From: Faecalibacterium sp.
GTDB taxonomy: Bacteria; Bacillota; Clostridia; Oscillospirales; Ruminococcaceae
NCBI GenBank assembly: GCA_044426225.1
Contig: JAWXUQ010000001.1
Location: 46,173-110,172, forward strand
DNA: 64,000 bases
Reading direction: 5' to 3'
Shown here: one piece after another, positions 29,551 through 38,663 of the stretch
Layout: each line of letters starts with the position of its first letter
Numbering within the stretch: the first letter of the stretch is position 1
Made by a program: the position numbers and the translations under genes
The notes under the pieces: model-generated
Told to the model about the DNA's origin: nothing
Databases searched by the model: none
The model's input: the letters and a program-made list of their open reading frames with translations, nothing else

Positions 29551-29669
29551 AGAATGAAATATCGCGGTTGCGATATGAAAATATAGCTGCGCTATATGAG
29601 ATGTGCTGCGCACGTTGTGGTGTCGCTATGCGACGGATTTTAAAGGTGCTGTTGCACCTCTCTCACTTT

Positions 29670-29725
29670 AAAACAATGCCGCCCTGCCCGTTGCAATTTG
29701 CAACGGGCAGGGCGGCATTGTTTTT
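29670..29725. terminator. Bidirectional terminator (21-bp stem, CAATGCCGCCCTGCCCGTTGC-AATTT-GCAACGGGCAGGGCGGCATTG)
   Basis: Flanked by AAAA and TTTTT, between convergent genes. Confidence 0.9.
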
Positions 29726-29732
29726 GCCATTC

Positions 29733-30794
29733 TTATTTGTCTAGCGTCAAATCGCCCTCTTTAATCCAACCAAGTTTGCGTTCAATTTCGCAAAAGAGGA
29801 TGGAGAGCGCTGCGGGCAGGACAAAGCAGATGAGCAGCAGCCCTAGCCAATCAAAGGCGGTGATGGCTGCCATGTTGCCGGCGGCAATCTCGCTCACCCA
29901 ACCGCTGTATACGCCCAGAGGCCCTACGAGCCCGCAGGTGCCCATGCCAGAGGATACGGCAGCACCGTTCATCTCAAGCCCGAAGAGGCAGGTGGAGAGG
30001 GGACCAGTAATCGCACTGGCAAGGGAGGGTGCGATCCAAATTTTGGGGTTCTTTACAATATTGCTCAGCTGCAACATGCTTGTGCCAAGCCCTTGGCTGA
30101 TGAGCCCGCTGACTTTGTTTTCGCGATAGCTCATGGCGGCAAAGCCCACCATCTGTGCGCAGCAGCCTGCCACAGCTGCACCGCCTGCAATCCCTGTTAG
30201 GCTTAATGCTGCGCAGATGGCAGCACTGGAAATGGGCAGCGTCAGGGCAATGCCCACCACGACGGATACTAAAATGCCCATGATAAAGGGCGCTTGGGTG
30301 GTTGCCCACATGATAAAGGTGCCAAGAGCACTTGCTGCCGCACCAATGGGAGCAGCAATGCACAGTGCAAGCCCTACACCCGATAAAATGGTGACAAGAG
30401 GGGTGACCAAAATATCAATCTTGGTTTCCTTACTGACGGCCTTGCCAAGCTCTGCTGCGACAATTGCAATTAGGAGCACTGCCAAAGGACCACCTGCCCC
30501 GCCAAGGGCATTCGAGGCATAGCCAACCGTTACAAGGCTAAAGAGTACCAGTGGTGGGCAGCCAAGTGCATAGCCGATGGCACATGCCATTGCCGCCCCA
30601 GAGCAGCTTTGCGCATAGACACCAATGCTCTGCAAGACGGCAATCCCTGTTTGCTGCCCAAGGGTATTCAGGATGGTGCCAATCAACAGACTGGCGAACA
30701 AGCCCTGCGCCATCGCACCAAGGGCATCAATCGCATAGCGACGCGCTGAGATAACAATGTTTTTCCGTGCGCAAAAATCTTTTATCTTTTGCAT
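29733..30794 (-). CDS. Stand-alone PTS EIIC-type membrane protein (PTS_EIIC_2 family)
   Basis: Begins MQKIKDFCARKNIVISARRYAIDALGAMAQGLFASLLIGTIL. It is Gly/Ala-rich and polytopic, and no EIIA or EIIB gene is nearby. Confidence 0.6.
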   Translation of the reverse strand: MQKIKDFCARKNIVISARRYAIDALGAMAQGLFASLLIGTILNTLGQQTGIAVLQSIGVYAQSCSGAAMACAIGYALGCPPLVLFSLVTVGYASNALGGAGGPLAVLLIAIVAAELGKAVSKETKIDILVTPLVTILSGVGLALCIAAPIGAAASALGTFIMWATTQAPFIMGILVSVVVGIALTLPISSAAICAALSLTGIAGGAAVAGCCAQMVGFAAMSYRENKVSGLISQGLGTSMLQLSNIVKNPKIWIAPSLASAITGPLSTCLFGLEMNGAAVSSGMGTCGLVGPLGVYSGWVSEIAAGNMAAITAFDWLGLLLICFVLPAALSILFCEIERKLGWIKEGDLTLDK

Positions 30795-30963
30795 GTTAGT
30801 ACACCTTTCTTTGTGAGGAAAAGAGCGGGTTTTGGATGCCCTATATACTATCACACTGAGCGCGCTAGGGCAAGAATAATGTTGAAATTAAAAAAACTTT
30901 GTGAAACTGCAATTAAACTTTTCTGTTTTTCGTATTTTTAGTGTTGGAAATGCTTGGAAGCAT

Positions 30964-30993
30964 TTGACTATATCACAAAGTGCATGTTATACT
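30964..30993 (+). promoter_or_regulatory. Sigma-A promoter (TTGACT, 18 nt, extended -10 TGtTATACT)
   Basis: About 45 nt upstream of the GH25 gene start. GGAGG at 31029-31033. Confidence 0.5.
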
Positions 30994-31037
30994 AAGCGTA
31001 ATATGTCAATTTTCGTCACGACCATGCAGGAGGCTCC

Positions 31038-33398
31038 ATGAAACGCAACCTTTCTCGTTATTTTTTCAAAAAAAGCTGGGCGCATTATTCGTTTGGGCAG
31101 ATGTTGCTCTCGGGTGTGCTTGCTGCTGCCATCACCACCAGTGCGGTGGGTGGTGCCTTTGCGGCGGTATCGCTGCAATCAAACGATGGGCAAAGCCAGG
31201 CAAGCTCTGCCTTACCAACGATTGCACCAACAGCAACGCCAGAGCCTGAAAAAACAATCAACACAGAGTTTCTAGAGATGGAGTGGTATGCTAGCACCAT
31301 TGGTGCACCGGCAACCCTAGTGCCAGATGTAGAAGTAATTTTAAATACAGGCGGTAGTCAGCAAATGCTGAGCATTGGCATTTATGCTGAGAAAATGGAC
31401 GAAAACGGCTATACATGGAATGAAATCATCATTGGCTTGCCGGTGGAAATCACCATTGTTTGTGAGGAACTCGCAGAGCTAGAGGATGAAGATAATGCCA
31501 CAGACCATATTGCTAGTGTAGAGGGTGGCATTTCAATATATGATATCAACACGAGCACAGGCACGCTGCAAGTTGGCCCACTAGACCCCGGTGAATACAC
31601 CGTATCTATCAGTTGCGATGTCGATGGTTACATCATGCCAGAGGGCGAAACCGTCACCGTTGCGGAGAAAATCAGCTATGAAGTAGATGAAGATATCGAG
31701 ATGGAAGATGCAGAAGCCGGCTTTGAGGACGAAGGCGCTTTAGATGATACCGTGGTAGAAAATACGGTGCGCTATGTCGCTTCTAGCAGTACCACCAATA
31801 CATACAGCGCCTACTGGCTATCCGATACCAACTGTTGGTTAAACGGCACAAGTCCATATCTATATTATAGCGATGGCACCAAGAGCCCCTATAAGCTAAC
31901 CACGGCGAGCAAAACCATTGGTGGGGTAAGCTATACCTATTACACTGCCGCCACCCTAGATACCAGTTTAACTTGGGATGAAAACGGTGTGGTAACGGAA
32001 GAAAGCCTTGCAACCACGCTCAGCGCAGGTACAAGCAGCGCAACCACCATGACAAGGCTCAGCGTAAGCTATGATAACGCGAGTTTCTCAGGGCTAGAGC
32101 CACTTTCTATCTCGATTGGCAGCGGGGCAAGCACGGGTGAGGCATATTCTGCTTCTAGTGTGCAAACCCTTAGCACGGTGGTCACCAAAACTCTCGTGGT
32201 ATCTTCTGACACCACGGTGTACACCACTGTGAACGAAGGCAGCTCGGTTACAACCGTGTCTAGCATAACAACGGACCCAACAGCAACCCCAACCGCTACG
32301 GCAGAACCAACGGCAGCCGCGACTGCAACCGCAGAACCTACCGCGACCGCCACCGCGACTGCAGAACCTACCGCGACAGCGACAGCGACTGCAACTGCCA
32401 CCGCAACTGCAACTGCTACCGCCACTGCCACCGCAACGGCAACGGCAACTGCGACTGCCACCGCAACCGCAACTGCCACCGCGTCCGCATCGCCTAGTGC
32501 AAGTCCGAGTGCGTCCCCAACGCCCTTGCCAACGGATGCATTGGTGTCTAGTTTTACACTATATAGCAGCGGCGCCCCTGTTTCAAGCATCACCCTTGCC
32601 GATGGCACCACCACCACGGTCAGCAGCTATTTTGGGGTGAGCAGCAGCGATATTGTAGAATATACTTACAGTGGTTGGCAAACCATTGACGGTGTGAAAT
32701 ATTACTATGACCCCGACACCAACAAGCCAGTCACTGGCACGCAAGTCATTAACGGCACCACCTATATTTTTGGCGCAACCGGTGCGTATGACAGTCAGTG
32801 CACCGGCATCGATGTTTCGTATTGGCAGGGCACCATTGATTGGGATAAGGTTAAGGCAGCGGGGGTAGAGTTCGTTATCATCCGCGCGGGCTACCGTGGC
32901 TATGGCAGCGGCACCATCGTGCAGGATAAAAACTTTACGAGCTATATCAATGGCGCAAAGGCGGCAGGGCTGCGTGTGGGCATCTATTTCTTTAGCCAAG
33001 CGATTAACGCACAGGAGGGTGTAGAAGAAGCCTCTGCCTGCATTAACTTGATTAAATCTTACGGTACAAGCTACCCTATTTATATCGATACTGAGCTTTC
33101 GGGTGCATCGGGTAATACAGGGCGCGCGGATAATATCTCGAATGCAGACCGCACTGCTGCGGTGGTTGCTTTTTGCGAAACGATTAAATCAGCGGGGTAT
33201 ACCCCGGGTATTTACGCAAGTTATAGCTGGTTTACCACCAAGCTCAACTTCTCTGAAATCAGTGGGTATAGCCTATGGAATGCCCAATGGGGCAGTACCA
33301 ACAGCATGTCCTCTGCGGGTATGTGGCAATACACAAGCTCCGGCTCAGTTAACGGCATCAGCGGGCACGTCGATATGAACATCAGCTATATTGGCTAA
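31038..33398 (+). CDS. Secreted GH25 muramidase (lysozyme) with a large N-terminal domain, an (Ala-Thr)n linker and a cell-wall-binding repeat
   Basis: Signal peptide/TM at the N-terminus. The C-terminus reads GIDVSYWQGTIDWDKVKAAGVEFVIIRAGYRG...YIDTE...WNAQW (GH25). A CW_binding_1-like repeat (GWQTIDGVKYYYDPDTNKPVTGTQVINGTTYIFG) precedes it. Confidence 0.85.
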   Translation: MKRNLSRYFFKKSWAHYSFGQMLLSGVLAAAITTSAVGGAFAAVSLQSNDGQSQASSALPTIAPTATPEPEKTINTEFLEMEWYASTIGAPATLVPDVEVILNTGGSQQMLSIGIYAEKMDENGYTWNEIIIGLPVEITIVCEELAELEDEDNATDHIASVEGGISIYDINTSTGTLQVGPLDPGEYTVSISCDVDGYIMPEGETVTVAEKISYEVDEDIEMEDAEAGFEDEGALDDTVVENTVRYVASSSTTNTYSAYWLSDTNCWLNGTSPYLYYSDGTKSPYKLTTASKTIGGVSYTYYTAATLDTSLTWDENGVVTEESLATTLSAGTSSATTMTRLSVSYDNASFSGLEPLSISIGSGASTGEAYSASSVQTLSTVVTKTLVVSSDTTVYTTVNEGSSVTTVSSITTDPTATPTATAEPTAAATATAEPTATATATAEPTATATATATATATATATATATATATATATATATATATASASPSASPSASPTPLPTDALVSSFTLYSSGAPVSSITLADGTTTTVSSYFGVSSSDIVEYTYSGWQTIDGVKYYYDPDTNKPVTGTQVINGTTYIFGATGAYDSQCTGIDVSYWQGTIDWDKVKAAGVEFVIIRAGYRGYGSGTIVQDKNFTSYINGAKAAGLRVGIYFFSQAINAQEGVEEASACINLIKSYGTSYPIYIDTELSGASGNTGRADNISNADRTAAVVAFCETIKSAGYTPGIYASYSWFTTKLNFSEISGYSLWNAQWGSTNSMSSAGMWQYTSSGSVNGISGHVDMNISYIG
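32271..32535 (+). repeat. Coding low-complexity tandem repeat: (AEPTATATAT)3, about 24x (Ala-Thr), then (SASP)3
   Basis: A GCN-ACN dicodon repeat with many synonymous differences between units. Confidence 0.9.
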
Positions 33399-33412
33399 GG
33401 TGCACGCTGTTA

Positions 33413-33445
33413 CCCTGTGGGGGATGGCGTCCTCGACGTCCCGCC
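33413..33445. repeat. Degenerate REP-like module (CCCTGTGGGGGATGGCGTCCTCGACGTCCCGCC)
   Basis: Shares the CCCTGTGGG..GCGTC core with 14351-14375 and contains a GGCGTC/GACGTC hairpin. Confidence 0.45.
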
Positions 33446-33467
33446 TGTCGGCAATGAATTCCTAAAT

Positions 33468-33497
33468 CGTAGGGGCGACCTGTGGTCGTCCGTAAGG
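33468..33497. repeat. REP-like palindromic element (CGTAGGGGCGACC-TGT-GGTCGTCCGTAAGG)
   Basis: Family member, intergenic between the GH25 gene and ireB. Confidence 0.8.
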
Positions 33498-33523
33498 TTT
33501 GCACAAACCCCATCATAAACCAC

Positions 33524-33564
33524 AAAAAGCCCCCTCTTGCACACGCTGCAAGAGGGGGCTTTGC
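33524..33564. terminator. Bidirectional terminator (GCCCCCTCTTGC-ACACGCT-GCAAGAGGGGGC)
   Basis: A 12-bp GC-rich stem between convergent genes. Confidence 0.8.
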
Positions 33565-33574
33565 TATGCCAATA

Positions 33575-33820
33575 TTAGGTATCTAAGTAGTTGCGCACAA
33601 GTGCCTGCAATAAATCATCACGGTCTAGCTTGCGGATTAAATTACGCGCATTGCCATAGGTGGTGATATAGGTAGGGTCTTCCGAAAGAATATACCCAAC
33701 AATCTGGTTGACTGGATTATAGCCTTTTTCTTTCAGTGCATCATAAACTTCTTGTAAAATGGATTGGATTTGGCTGTCTTTATCGTCATAAATAGAAAAT
33801 ACAGCAGTTTTATCTCCCAT
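33575..33820 (-). CDS. ireB: IreB-family regulatory phosphoprotein (UPF0297/YrzL)
   Basis: An 81-aa protein, ...[55 protein letters not shown], characteristic of the family. Confidence 0.85.
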   Translation of the reverse strand: MGDKTAVFSIYDDKDSQIQSILQEVYDALKEKGYNPVNQIVGYILSEDPTYITTYGNARNLIRKLDRDDLLQALVRNYLDT

Positions 33821-33922
33821 AATGGAACACCCCTTTCAATAATATATAGTGTTATTGTACACGAATTAAGGCTAATACGCAAGTCCAGAAGGAAAAATTA
33901 AAAAAAATTTAGCAATATCGCC

Positions 33923-33965
33923 AAAAAAAATCCCCCCTCCTTATGGCAAAGGAAGGGGGAAAAAG
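33923..33965 (-). terminator. Rho-independent terminator downstream of pheT
   Basis: On the minus strand: CCCCCTTCCTTTGCCATAAGGAGGGGGG followed by a T8 run. Confidence 0.75.
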
Positions 33966-34030
33966 GACTTCTTGTCGATTTTTATTTGGTGCAAACCTTG
34001 TGCGTGCCGTTGTAGTGCATCGGCGCAGGC

Positions 34031-36610
34031 TTAGCTGCGAATGGTTACTTCAATTTCGCCAAGGCTCTTGAGAACCTTTTCAATGGCGGCATCCACTTCC
34101 ACATCGGTTAGGGTGCGATCAGCTGCGCGGAACACCAAATTATAGGCAAGGCTCTTGGTGCCTGCGGCAATTTTATCGCCGGTGTAAATATCAAACAGGC
34201 TAACGCTTTCTAGCAGTTTGCCCGCAGCTTTGGTGATACGTGCGGCAATCTCTGCGGCAGGCACGCTTGCAGTAGATACCAGTGCAAGGTCGCGCGTGGT
34301 GGCAGGGGTCTTAGGCAGTGGGGTGTAGCTTGCTTGGCTTACGCGGCAGGCATACAGTGCATCAAGGTCAATGTCAGCGGCAACTACGCGGGTTTTAATG
34401 CCGTAGTTTGCGCATACCTTGGGGTGGATTTCGCCCACCGTTGCAAGGCACACTTCCTCAGCACCGTTGCGGCATAGGATATCCGCTGTGCGCCCAGGGT
34501 GCCATGTGTTGCCGCTTTCGTTGCGGATAACGCGTAGGCGGCTAGGTGCAATGTGTGCGGTAGCAATTAGGCGCTCAACGGCACCCTTCATGCCAAGGTA
34601 ATCCCAGTTTGCGCCGTATGCAGCGGCAATGATTTTCTGATTTTCGGTGGGCAATAGCACGTCGGTGGTTTTGCCTTCTGCGGCAAGTTTTGCACTTAAC
34701 GCATCGTAATCGCCAAAGTCTGCGTCGCTTGCGTCATAGCTGCTGGGCAGGTATTCTGCGGCTTGCTCAAAAATCGCAGCCTCAGGGGTGCGTGCAGCGT
34801 AGTTGGTTGCAATCACGCTTAGCACGCTTGGCAGTGCAGTGGTGCGCATAATAGAGGTATCCTCACCCAGTGGATTTGAAATCACAACAGGGGTGCGGCG
34901 GCTGTCATCCGCGGGTAGGTTAATCAAATCAAAGCATTTTGGCGAGTAGAAGCTAAAGGTTTCTACCTCATATAAGCCATAGCCGCACAGGGTGTTGAGG
35001 ATTTTTTCCTGGAAGGTCTGACGCTCAGTGGGGCGGGCATCGGCGGTGCCCTGCATTAAGGTGCTAGGCATTTTGTTATAGCCGATATAACGTGCAATTT
35101 CCTCTGCCAAATCACAGGTGCGGTTTACATCGCCGCGTAGGGCAGGGATCATCACATCATCGCCGTCAAATTTGAAATCAAGCGGGGCTAGGTAGCTTTG
35201 CGCTTCTGCGACGCTCAAAGAAGTGCCGAGTAGCTTGTTAATCATGCCGACATTCAGTGGCATGCGGCGCTTACCATCCCAGAGGGTGCGCAGTTTTTCA
35301 TCGGCGCAGGGGTAGTTGTCTACAATACCATTGACCACGTCACCTGCGTCTAGCAACTGAATTAGCTCAAGTGCGCGTAAGATAGCAGGCATGCAGTTGG
35401 CAGCAGATAAGCCTTTTTCGTATTTGCCCGAAGCCTCGGTGCGCATACCCAGTGCTTTGGCAGTGGTGCGTACACTAGGACCATTGAACATGGCGCTCTC
35501 GAATACGATGGTGGTGGTGTCATCGTATGTGCCGCTAAATTCGCCACCCATTACACCTGCCACCGCAACGGGGGCTTTTTCGTCAGCAATCACAAGCATG
35601 TTGGGGGTAAGCACACGTTCGATGCCGTCAAGGGTCACGATGGTTTCACCCTCTGCTGCATTGCGCACGATGACCTTGCCGCCGTTTAGGTATTTGTAAT
35701 CAAAGCAGTGCATGGGCTGCCCGTATTCTAGCATGACGTAGTTTGTGATATCAACAATGTTGTTGATGGGGCGCACACCACAATTGCGCAGGCGCTCACG
35801 CAGCCAAGCGGGGGAGGGCTTTACGCGCACATTTTCAACCACAGCGCCGCAGTAGCGATAGCATAAGTCTGCGTTCAAAATTTCTACGCTGAGTAAATCA
35901 TTCACATCGCCATGCCCTGCGCTTACGGCGGGGGTGTGGTCGATGAAGTCTACCCCAAAGGTGGCGGCAACTTCGCGCCCTAGGTTGCGAATGGAAAGGC
36001 AATCAGGGCGGTTGGGGGTGATTTCAAGGTCAAGCACGGTATCATCAAGCCCAAGTGCTTCGGTGGCACGCATGCCTAGGAACACATTTTTGGCGGCTTT
36101 CATCTCTTCGGTCAGCACCAAAATGCCGTCCTCAATGCAGTCGGGGAAATCGTGGGTGGTCAGGTTAATCTCGCCCATGCCCACAAGCATGCCGCAGCTT
36201 TCTACCCCGCGTAGCTTGCCTTTTTTAATCGAAATACCACCGGGTAAGGTGGATTTATGCATAGCAACTGGCACCCAGTCGCCAACGGTAAGGTTGCCCG
36301 CGCCAGTTACAATCTGGATGGCTTCTTCGCCCTTTGCCACCTGCCCAACATCGATGGTGGTAATCACCATGTGGTCAGAGTCTGGGTGAGGCACAATGCT
36401 GAGCACTTCGCCAATCAGCACATTATCAATCTCATCTGCGGTGCTCTCAAAGGTTTCGATTTTGGTGCCAGACATGGTCAGTCCTTCGCAGATATCGCGC
36501 AGGGTGATGGTGGCTTCGCCCGCTGCCTTGGCATCGGCTTCTGCCTTGCTGCCTGCCGGGTAGAAGGGGATATTGGCAAATTCTTTTGCCCATTCTAATG
36601 GTAATAACAT
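34031..36610 (-). CDS. pheT: Phenylalanine--tRNA ligase beta subunit
   Basis: tRNA-binding, B3/4, B5 and FDX-ACB domain order. At 859 aa it is longer than I recall being typical, with apparent small insertions near the N-terminus and around residue 620. Lies directly downstream of pheS. Confidence 0.95.
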   Translation of the reverse strand: MLLPLEWAKEFANIPFYPAGSKAEADAKAAGEATITLRDICEGLTMSGTKIETFESTADEIDNVLIGEVLSIVPHPDSDHMVITTIDVGQVAKGEEAIQIVTGAGNLTVGDWVPVAMHKSTLPGGISIKKGKLRGVESCGMLVGMGEINLTTHDFPDCIEDGILVLTEEMKAAKNVFLGMRATEALGLDDTVLDLEITPNRPDCLSIRNLGREVAATFGVDFIDHTPAVSAGHGDVNDLLSVEILNADLCYRYCGAVVENVRVKPSPAWLRERLRNCGVRPINNIVDITNYVMLEYGQPMHCFDYKYLNGGKVIVRNAAEGETIVTLDGIERVLTPNMLVIADEKAPVAVAGVMGGEFSGTYDDTTTIVFESAMFNGPSVRTTAKALGMRTEASGKYEKGLSAANCMPAILRALELIQLLDAGDVVNGIVDNYPCADEKLRTLWDGKRRMPLNVGMINKLLGTSLSVAEAQSYLAPLDFKFDGDDVMIPALRGDVNRTCDLAEEIARYIGYNKMPSTLMQGTADARPTERQTFQEKILNTLCGYGLYEVETFSFYSPKCFDLINLPADDSRRTPVVISNPLGEDTSIMRTTALPSVLSVIATNYAARTPEAAIFEQAAEYLPSSYDASDADFGDYDALSAKLAAEGKTTDVLLPTENQKIIAAAYGANWDYLGMKGAVERLIATAHIAPSRLRVIRNESGNTWHPGRTADILCRNGAEEVCLATVGEIHPKVCANYGIKTRVVAADIDLDALYACRVSQASYTPLPKTPATTRDLALVSTASVPAAEIAARITKAAGKLLESVSLFDIYTGDKIAAGTKSLAYNLVFRAADRTLTDVEVDAAIEKVLKSLGEIEVTIRS

Positions 36611-36630
36611 CTCTATCTTCCTCCCTTATC

Positions 36631-37695
36631 TTAGTTAAACTGCTTTAAGAAGCGCAGGTCATTTTCGTATAATAGACGCATATCGTCAATGGTATAGCGC
36701 ATGGTGGTGATGCGTTCTAGCCCAATGCCAAAGGCAAAGCCAGTGTATTTTTCGCTATCAATACCCACGTTTTCGAGCAGCTCTGGGTGAATCATGCCGC
36801 AGCCCAAAATCTCAATCCAACCTTCGCCCTTGCACAGGCTACAGCCCTTGCCGCCGCAGCGGAAGCAGCTCATATCCATCTCAGCGGATGGCTCGGTATA
36901 AGGGAAGTGATGGGGGCGGAAACGCACTTTGGTTTCTTCGCCATATAATTTGCGGATAAACACATCTAGGGTGCCCTTCAAATCGCTAAAGGTGACGTTT
37001 TCTGCCACAACCAAGCCCTCAATCTGGTGAAACAATGGGCTGTGGGTGGCATCCACAGCGTCCGAGCGATAAACGCGCCCGGGTGCGATAATGCGAACGG
37101 GCTCTTTCAGCTCGCCCTCAGGTAAACCGGCTGCCTTTGCCTCGGCAACCGCTTTTTCTAGGGTGCGGATTTGGATGGGGCTTGTCTGGGTGCGCAGTAA
37201 AATGTTTTCGGTGATATAGAAGGTATCCTGTGTATCACGCGCAGGGTGGCTCTTCGGCATGCGCATCATCTCAAAGTTATAATGGTCAAGCTCAATCTCA
37301 GGGCCAGATACCACGTTAAAGCCCATGCCCAAAAAGATTTCCTTCAGCTCATTCAGCACACTCTGAATGGGATGTCTGCCGCCCTGTGCAGGCTGCACAC
37401 CAGGCAGGGTAATGTCAATGCTTTCCATGGCAAGGCGGGCATTTAAGGCTGCGTCTGCAAGGGCAGCGCTGCGTGCCTTTAGGCTTGCTTCAATCTCAGC
37501 ACGTACTTCGTTTGCCATGGCACCCATGATGGGGCGCTCTTCTGCGCTCAGTTTGCCCATCTGTTTTAAGATGGCGGTGATTTCACCTTTTTTGCCAAGA
37601 TAGTGCACGCGCAATTCTTCGGCAAGTTTTTCGTCCTGCGCAGCGGCAATCGCGGCGGCGGCAGCAAGGCGAATTTCTTCTAATGCTTGTTTCAT
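36631..37695 (-). CDS. pheS: Phenylalanine--tRNA ligase alpha subunit
   Basis: Class II aaRS motifs (HPARDTQDTFY, FRPHHFPYTEPSAE, GFAFGIGLERI), with a T-box leader upstream. Confidence 0.95.
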   Translation of the reverse strand: MKQALEEIRLAAAAAIAAAQDEKLAEELRVHYLGKKGEITAILKQMGKLSAEERPIMGAMANEVRAEIEASLKARSAALADAALNARLAMESIDITLPGVQPAQGGRHPIQSVLNELKEIFLGMGFNVVSGPEIELDHYNFEMMRMPKSHPARDTQDTFYITENILLRTQTSPIQIRTLEKAVAEAKAAGLPEGELKEPVRIIAPGRVYRSDAVDATHSPLFHQIEGLVVAENVTFSDLKGTLDVFIRKLYGEETKVRFRPHHFPYTEPSAEMDMSCFRCGGKGCSLCKGEGWIEILGCGMIHPELLENVGIDSEKYTGFAFGIGLERITTMRYTIDDMRLLYENDLRFLKQFN

Positions 37696-37742
37696 GATGC
37701 TCTCCTCTATTCTTGTTGGTTGGGGTCATGCTGACGGTGGAT

Positions 37743-37867
37743 TGTAGGGGCGAGCGTTACTCGCCCGCAAGGTTTTCCGGTTCTGACGGCGGGGTTGTAG
37801 GGGCGACCTTTAATCGTCCGTGGGTCTTGTGCGAAACGAGCGGGCGACAACAGGTCGCCCCTACGGG
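37743..37867. repeat. Cluster of three REP-like elements (37743-37772 and 37796-37824 direct, 37840-37867 inverted) inside the pheS 5' leader
   Basis: The copies read TGTAGGGGCGAGCGTTACTCGCCCGCAAGG, TGTAGGGGCGACCTTTAATCGTCCGTGGG and GCGGGCGACAACAGGTCGCCCCTACGGG. GTAGGGGCGACC (37797-37808) and GGTCGCCCCTAC (37853-37864) are perfect reverse complements. Confidence 0.85.
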
Positions 37868-37879
37868 TTCGGTTACAAT

Positions 37880-38140
37880 AAAAAAAGACCACGCCCCCGA
37901 TAAAAATCAGGGACGAAGCCTTGAATAAAATTCAAAAAACTCCGCGGTACCACCCACGTTTTTGCAGTAAGCAAACACTCATGCTCTATATAACGGTAGA
38001 ACCCGTTTTGACCTACTGACGTACTGTTCAGCCAAACCGCTCAGGAGGGAACTTGGCAAATATCATTCGTAAGGCGTTTGCAGCGACCGCCTCTCTCTGA
38101 AACGAACGGGTATTTGTTACTTTTCTCCGTCAATGCGTTT
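37880..38140 (-). promoter_or_regulatory. T-box riboswitch leader (Phe) with an intrinsic terminator
   Basis: On the minus strand, in order: CAGAGAG (AG bulge), candidate Phe specifier codons (UUC at 38049-38051, and a UUU a few nt upstream), an AGTA box, the T-box core GGGTGGTACCGCGG (37941-37957), then the terminator CGTCCCTGAT-TTTT-ATCGGGGGCG followed by T7. Confidence 0.85.
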
Positions 38141-38148
38141 ATCGCTTT

Positions 38149-38177
38149 ATTATAGCATGCAAAGGAAGAGTTTGCAA
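38149..38177 (-). promoter_or_regulatory. Consensus-like sigma-A promoter of pheST (TTGCAA, 17 nt, TATAAT)
   Basis: On the minus strand, TTGCAA at 38177-38172 and TATAAT at 38154-38149. Confidence 0.7.
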
Positions 38178-38298
38178 GTTTTTTTTATGAGGTAGTGTGC
38201 CCAAGGTGGTGCGCCCAATTTCAAATCGTTGCGTAGCGACACCGCTCCTATTCACTATTCACGATTACTGATTACTTCTGCGCCCGCAGGCGCAGGTC

Positions 38299-38526
38299 TT
38301 ACGCTGCCATTACACCGAAATACAGCACCACAAGCCCCACGATAAACATCACACCCGCTACAACATATAAAATCTTCGATACGGCTTCGTCACTGCGGTT
38401 TTTGCCCACCTTCATCTTGGTGATTTTAAACAGCGCAGTCGGGCGCTTTAACCCAATGTAAACGCATAGTGCGGCATACAAAAAAGCGGCGAGTGCCCCA
38501 AAGAAATAGCTTGCTCCGATGGTCAT
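38299..38526 (-). CDS. Small two-TM membrane protein (75 aa), hypothetical
   Basis: GGAGG lies 8 nt upstream of ATG 38526. The protein has two hydrophobic helices separated by a basic loop (KRPTALFKITKMKVGKNRSDE). Confidence 0.5.
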   Translation of the reverse strand: MTIGASYFFGALAAFLYAALCVYIGLKRPTALFKITKMKVGKNRSDEAVSKILYVVAGVMFIVGLVVLYFGVMAA

Positions 38527-38663
38527 GGTGGTATCCTCCTGTTTTTCAGTCAATGTCGGTTGATTTCTTGTCAATGATTGTCAGTGAATGTCGCTCAGCT
38601 TCTTGTGTTTTAATTTTCTATCCTTTTATCGCAGCGCTTCGCCTGCTTTGCGGTCGATTTACC

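Noticed and set aside
29547-29744. A 65-aa ORF that starts in an ATGA overlap with the C39_2 gene's stop codon.
   Set aside because: It reads straight through the 21-bp bidirectional terminator and into the convergent gene's 3' end. If termination occurs, the transcript would lack its stop codon. The region is better explained as structured non-coding sequence.
32271-32535. Highly repetitive DNA that could be mistaken for a CRISPR-like or non-coding tandem array.
   Set aside because: It has 6-nt periodicity, is entirely in frame within the GH25 ORF, has no unique spacers and has no cas genes. It is a coding Ala-Thr linker.
38225-38298. Short reiterated heptamers (ATTCACT ATTCACG ATTACTG ATTAC) and a GC hairpin between the small membrane-protein gene and the pheS promoter.
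   Set aside because: There are only two to four short, imperfect units with no clear symmetry relative to the promoter, so chance or a weak terminator remnant explains them. I mention them only for completeness.
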